NCBI GenBank assembly: GCA_963677925.2
Contig: CAXXYH010000004.1
Location: 896,001-960,000, forward strand
DNA length: 64,000 bases
Direction: 5' to 3'
From: Spirochaetia bacterium
GTDB taxonomy: Bacteria; Spirochaetota; Spirochaetia; UBA9216
The position numbers were made by a program, and so were the translations under genes. Below, piece by piece: positions 61,128 to 64,000 of the stretch. The notes below the pieces were generated by a model that searched no databases, was not told the DNA's origin, and was given only the letters and a program-made list of their open reading frames with translations. Each line of letters opens with the position of its first letter. Position 1 is the stretch's first letter.

Positions 61128-62510
61128 TTATTTTATATAGCTGTCTGCTTCTGCAATGGTCTGTTCAGCAGGGGGCAGTTCTCTTGATTTTTTTTCATTA
61201 AATAGTTCGATTACGTTTGGCTCTTTATTTGTATAAGCTTTCCATTCCGGCATGCCGGCAGCATTCGGGTTCCCGGTTTTAATGAAATTAGTCCAATAGG
61301 CGCACATTCTGTTAGACAGATCAAAATCTGCTCCTGAGTAAGACCTCCATCCCCTCAGAAAGGTCTGAAAGACATACATATGTTCTGAAGAATGGAAGGT
61401 TCCAATATCGCTGTCCGGGATTGCATGATTAAAGTAGTACTGATAAACCGGCTTATGCCCCAGCCTGTTATGCAGCCTTGACCATGCGGTGCAGCCGATG
61501 TGGATATCATTCTTCTTATCTTCGCTGAATGTGAGGTCGTCGGATGTACAGCCTATCATTGTCGGCACATTGTGTGTTTTATTCTGTTTGGCGAGTGTAA
61601 TCAGATCAGCTTCCAGTACATACCCGTCAATTACCGGCATATACTGAAGCCCTTCAGGACTTAAAGCTTTTGCAAAATGATTAATCAGATCCTCCGCCGG
61701 GATTTTTCTTGCCTCTTCAATATTCTTGACATTTAAGGTTTCAAGAAACTCCTCACCGTGCTTTTCTGCGTCGGAAAGTTCCAGCCTGCTTATTTCCTGC
61801 ATTCTGCCGAGGCCTGCAGCGCTCTGCATTATTGCTTTATCTATGTCGCCGTCAGTAAGTTTTGATGAGAGAAGTGTCTGTACGCTCATTGCACCGGCAG
61901 ACTGTCCGAATATAGTTATATTATCAGGATCTCCGCCGAAGGCTTCAATATTCCTGCGTACCCACTTTAAAGCTGCTATCTGGTCAAGGGTTCCGTAATT
62001 TCCTGAAGTTCTGATTCCTGTTTCCTTCTCTGATTCCGCCGAGAGTTCGGGGTGACTTAAAAATCCGAAAACATTGAGTCTGTAGTTGATTGAAACATAG
62101 ATTACACCTCTTTTTGCGAATGCGTCTCCGTCAGTTTCCATCTTGTCGGAGTAGCCCTGTACAAAGCCTCCTCCATAGATCCACAGTGCCACAGGCAGTT
62201 TTTCGTCCTGACTTTTGGCGGGAGTCCAGATATTCAGGTAGAGGCTGTCCTCGCTTCTGGGCAGATCAACAGGATAAAATTCCTTCTTGTACATTGAGGT
62301 TTCGGGAACTCTGCACTGCATCGGGATATCTGAAAATGAGTAAGCGTTGTAGATCCCTTCCCAGTTTTCTGCCGGTTGAGGAGCCTTCCAGCGTAAATTG
62401 CCGACCGGCGGCTTTGCATAGGGTATTCCTTTAAAAATACTGATTCCCTGATTGCCTGCAGGTAAACCTGCAACTTCTCCGTTTTCTGTACTGGTTTGTA
62501 AAATTGCCAT
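61128..62510 (-). CDS. Type-B carboxylesterase (PnbA-like)
   Basis: FKGIPYAKPP, SEDSLYLNIW, FGGDP.NITIFGQSAG, FHSSE. Confidence 0.93.
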   Translation of the reverse strand: MAILQTSTENGEVAGLPAGNQGISIFKGIPYAKPPVGNLRWKAPQPAENWEGIYNAYSFSDIPMQCRVPETSMYKKEFYPVDLPRSEDSLYLNIWTPAKSQDEKLPVALWIYGGGFVQGYSDKMETDGDAFAKRGVIYVSINYRLNVFGFLSHPELSAESEKETGIRTSGNYGTLDQIAALKWVRRNIEAFGGDPDNITIFGQSAGAMSVQTLLSSKLTDGDIDKAIMQSAAGLGRMQEISRLELSDAEKHGEEFLETLNVKNIEEARKIPAEDLINHFAKALSPEGLQYMPVIDGYVLEADLITLAKQNKTHNVPTMIGCTSDDLTFSEDKKNDIHIGCTAWSRLHNRLGHKPVYQYYFNHAIPDSDIGTFHSSEHMYVFQTFLRGWRSYSGADFDLSNRMCAYWTNFIKTGNPNAAGMPEWKAYTNKEPNVIELFNEKKSRELPPAEQTIAEADSYIK

Positions 62511-62675
62511 ATAATCCCCCTTTATCGATAAATAGATAATCGTTGATAACCTCAGGTTATAACTATAATAGATTCGCCGAATAAATTCTATTGACAAGGC
62601 ATCAATCTATGATAATATATTATTATTAGATTATAATCAAGAAATAATTAAAAAAGTATCTATTTAGGAGGTCTC

Positions 62676-63179
62676 ATGGGTATTATCAAGTGGCTGGATA
62701 ATAACCTCGAGAAAATCTTTCTCGTGGCGATGCTCGTGTTTATGAGCATTCTGATTATGTTTCAGGTAATTATGAGGTATATATTTCATAACGCCCTGGG
62801 CTGGCCTGAAGAACTGGCCAGATACAGTTTTATTCTATTTTCGTTCATGACATTGGGTTTCTGTATTAAAAACAAGTCTAATTTCCGTATTGATCAGCTG
62901 GTTAAGAAGCTGCCGGAAGTTGTGCAGAGTGTACTGAACATCCTTGTCGACTTCGGTTTTCTGTTCTTTTACAGCTTCTGCTTTTACTACTCACTAATTG
63001 CAGTAGAGCAGGCAAGGGCAACAGGGAACATCACCACAGGACTTCAGATGCCGGTCTTTATTCTTTATATAATCGCCGGTGCCGGATTACTCATTGGGGC
63101 TCTTCGGGCTGTTCAGTCCATCGTTACAGGAATTGTCAGTTTTAAAAGCTCCTCGGACAGGGAGAATATGAATGCTTAG
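62676..63179 (+). CDS. dctQ: Second TRAP small permease
   Basis: QVIMRY, WPEELARY. Confidence 0.9.
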   Translation: MGIIKWLDNNLEKIFLVAMLVFMSILIMFQVIMRYIFHNALGWPEELARYSFILFSFMTLGFCIKNKSNFRIDQLVKKLPEVVQSVLNILVDFGFLFFYSFCFYYSLIAVEQARATGNITTGLQMPVFILYIIAGAGLLIGALRAVQSIVTGIVSFKSSSDRENMNA

Positions 63180-64000
63180 TTTAATCTTCTCGGTTTTTGT
63201 TATTCTTCTTGTGACAGGATTTCCAATTGGACTAACAATTGGTTTAAGCTCGATAATTCCGGGGATCGTGAATCCCTCTTTTCCAGGCGGAGCTCTATAT
63301 CTGCTGAGGGCCATGGTAAGCGGAATAGACAGTACTCCGATCCTTGCTATCCCCTTTTTCATGCTTGCCGGCTCAATTATGGCAATGGGCGGCATTTCCA
63401 AAAAACTGTTCAACGTATTCGCCTACCTGGTCGGTAAAAGAACAGCCGGTATTCCTATTGCTGTAGTAATTACATGTGCGTTTTACGGTGCAATAAGCGG
63501 ATCAGGTCCTGCTACTACTGCGGCTGTAGGGGCAATGACCATCCCGATTCTGACGAACCTCGGCTATAAAAAGGAATTTTCCGCGGCCCTGGTTGCTTCC
63601 GCCGGAGGGATTGGTGTTATCATTCCGCCGAGTATCCCGTTTATAATGTTCGGTATGATGACCGGAACATCAGTAGGTGCGCTCTTTCTTGCAGGTTTTA
63701 TTCCGGGGATTCTGATTGCTGCCCTGCTTATTCTTTATGTATATTTCTACTGCAGAAGAAACGGCGAGGATAAGGAAAAGGTTGCTGCAAATTATGAGGA
63801 GCTGAAGGCTAAGGGTTTTCTGAACATCCTCAAAGAAAGCATCTGGGCAATTATCACGCCTGTTATAATTCTGGGCGGTATCTACAGCGGTATAGTAACA
63901 CCGACAGAGGCTGCTGTTGTTTCGGTATTCTATTCACTTATCGTATGTGTATTCATCTACAGGACAATCAATTTTCACAATATATTTGATATTCTGCTTT
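63172..64000 (+). CDS. dctM: Second TRAP large permease, truncated at the window edge
   Basis: Hand translation from ATG 63172: AIPFFMLAG, ISGSGPA, IIPPSIP, TPTEAA. Confidence 0.92.
   Translation, partial: MLSLIFSVFVILLVTGFPIGLTIGLSSIIPGIVNPSFPGGALYLLRAMVSGIDSTPILAIPFFMLAGSIMAMGGISKKLFNVFAYLVGKRTAGIPIAVVITCAFYGAISGSGPATTAAVGAMTIPILTNLGYKKEFSAALVASAGGIGVIIPPSIPFIMFGMMTGTSVGALFLAGFIPGILIAALLILYVYFYCRRNGEDKEKVAANYEELKAKGFLNILKESIWAIITPVIILGGIYSGIVTPTEAAVVSVFYSLIVCVFIYRTINFHNIFDILL

Noticed and set aside
1-64000. rRNA, tRNA, transposase or prophage genes
   Set aside because: None recognised by eye; intergenic gaps show no cloverleaf or rRNA signatures.

Overview
Bacterial chromosomal window, probably from a free-living anaerobic spirochaete (inference from many lipoproteins and solute-binding proteins with the 'FAGGxxE' N-terminus). 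Bases 1-35.4 kb hold housekeeping and accessory genes: a sigma54 activator with a pseudo-receiver, a cNMP/HD-GYP protein, a sigma54-promoted lipoprotein cassette, crcB, a ZIP transporter, pstS, an LDH/MDH-like enzyme, folE, thrH, plsC, htpG, hipBA, ltaE, aroA and two Fn3-stalk lipoproteins. Nearly every gene in about 26.7-32.1 kb is frameshifted, most likely from consensus errors. Bases 35.6-64 kb form a catabolic island: tandem aroQ, GntR and PucR regulators, a peptide-type ABC importer, five esterase genes, two TRAP systems and a 7-gene core operon (CHA/HMG aldolase, Ldh_2 dehydrogenase, aldehyde:ferredoxin oxidoreductase, SDR, cupin, IolN-like hydrolase, Zn-dehydrogenase). These seven activities fit a mass-balanced, oxygen-independent, non-aromatic route from quinate to pyruvate + oxaloacetate. 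That route is my inference and the main candidate for an undescribed system. A palindrome AGATTATAATCT recurs at the island's promoters. I saw no rRNA, tRNA, CRISPR array or transposase.
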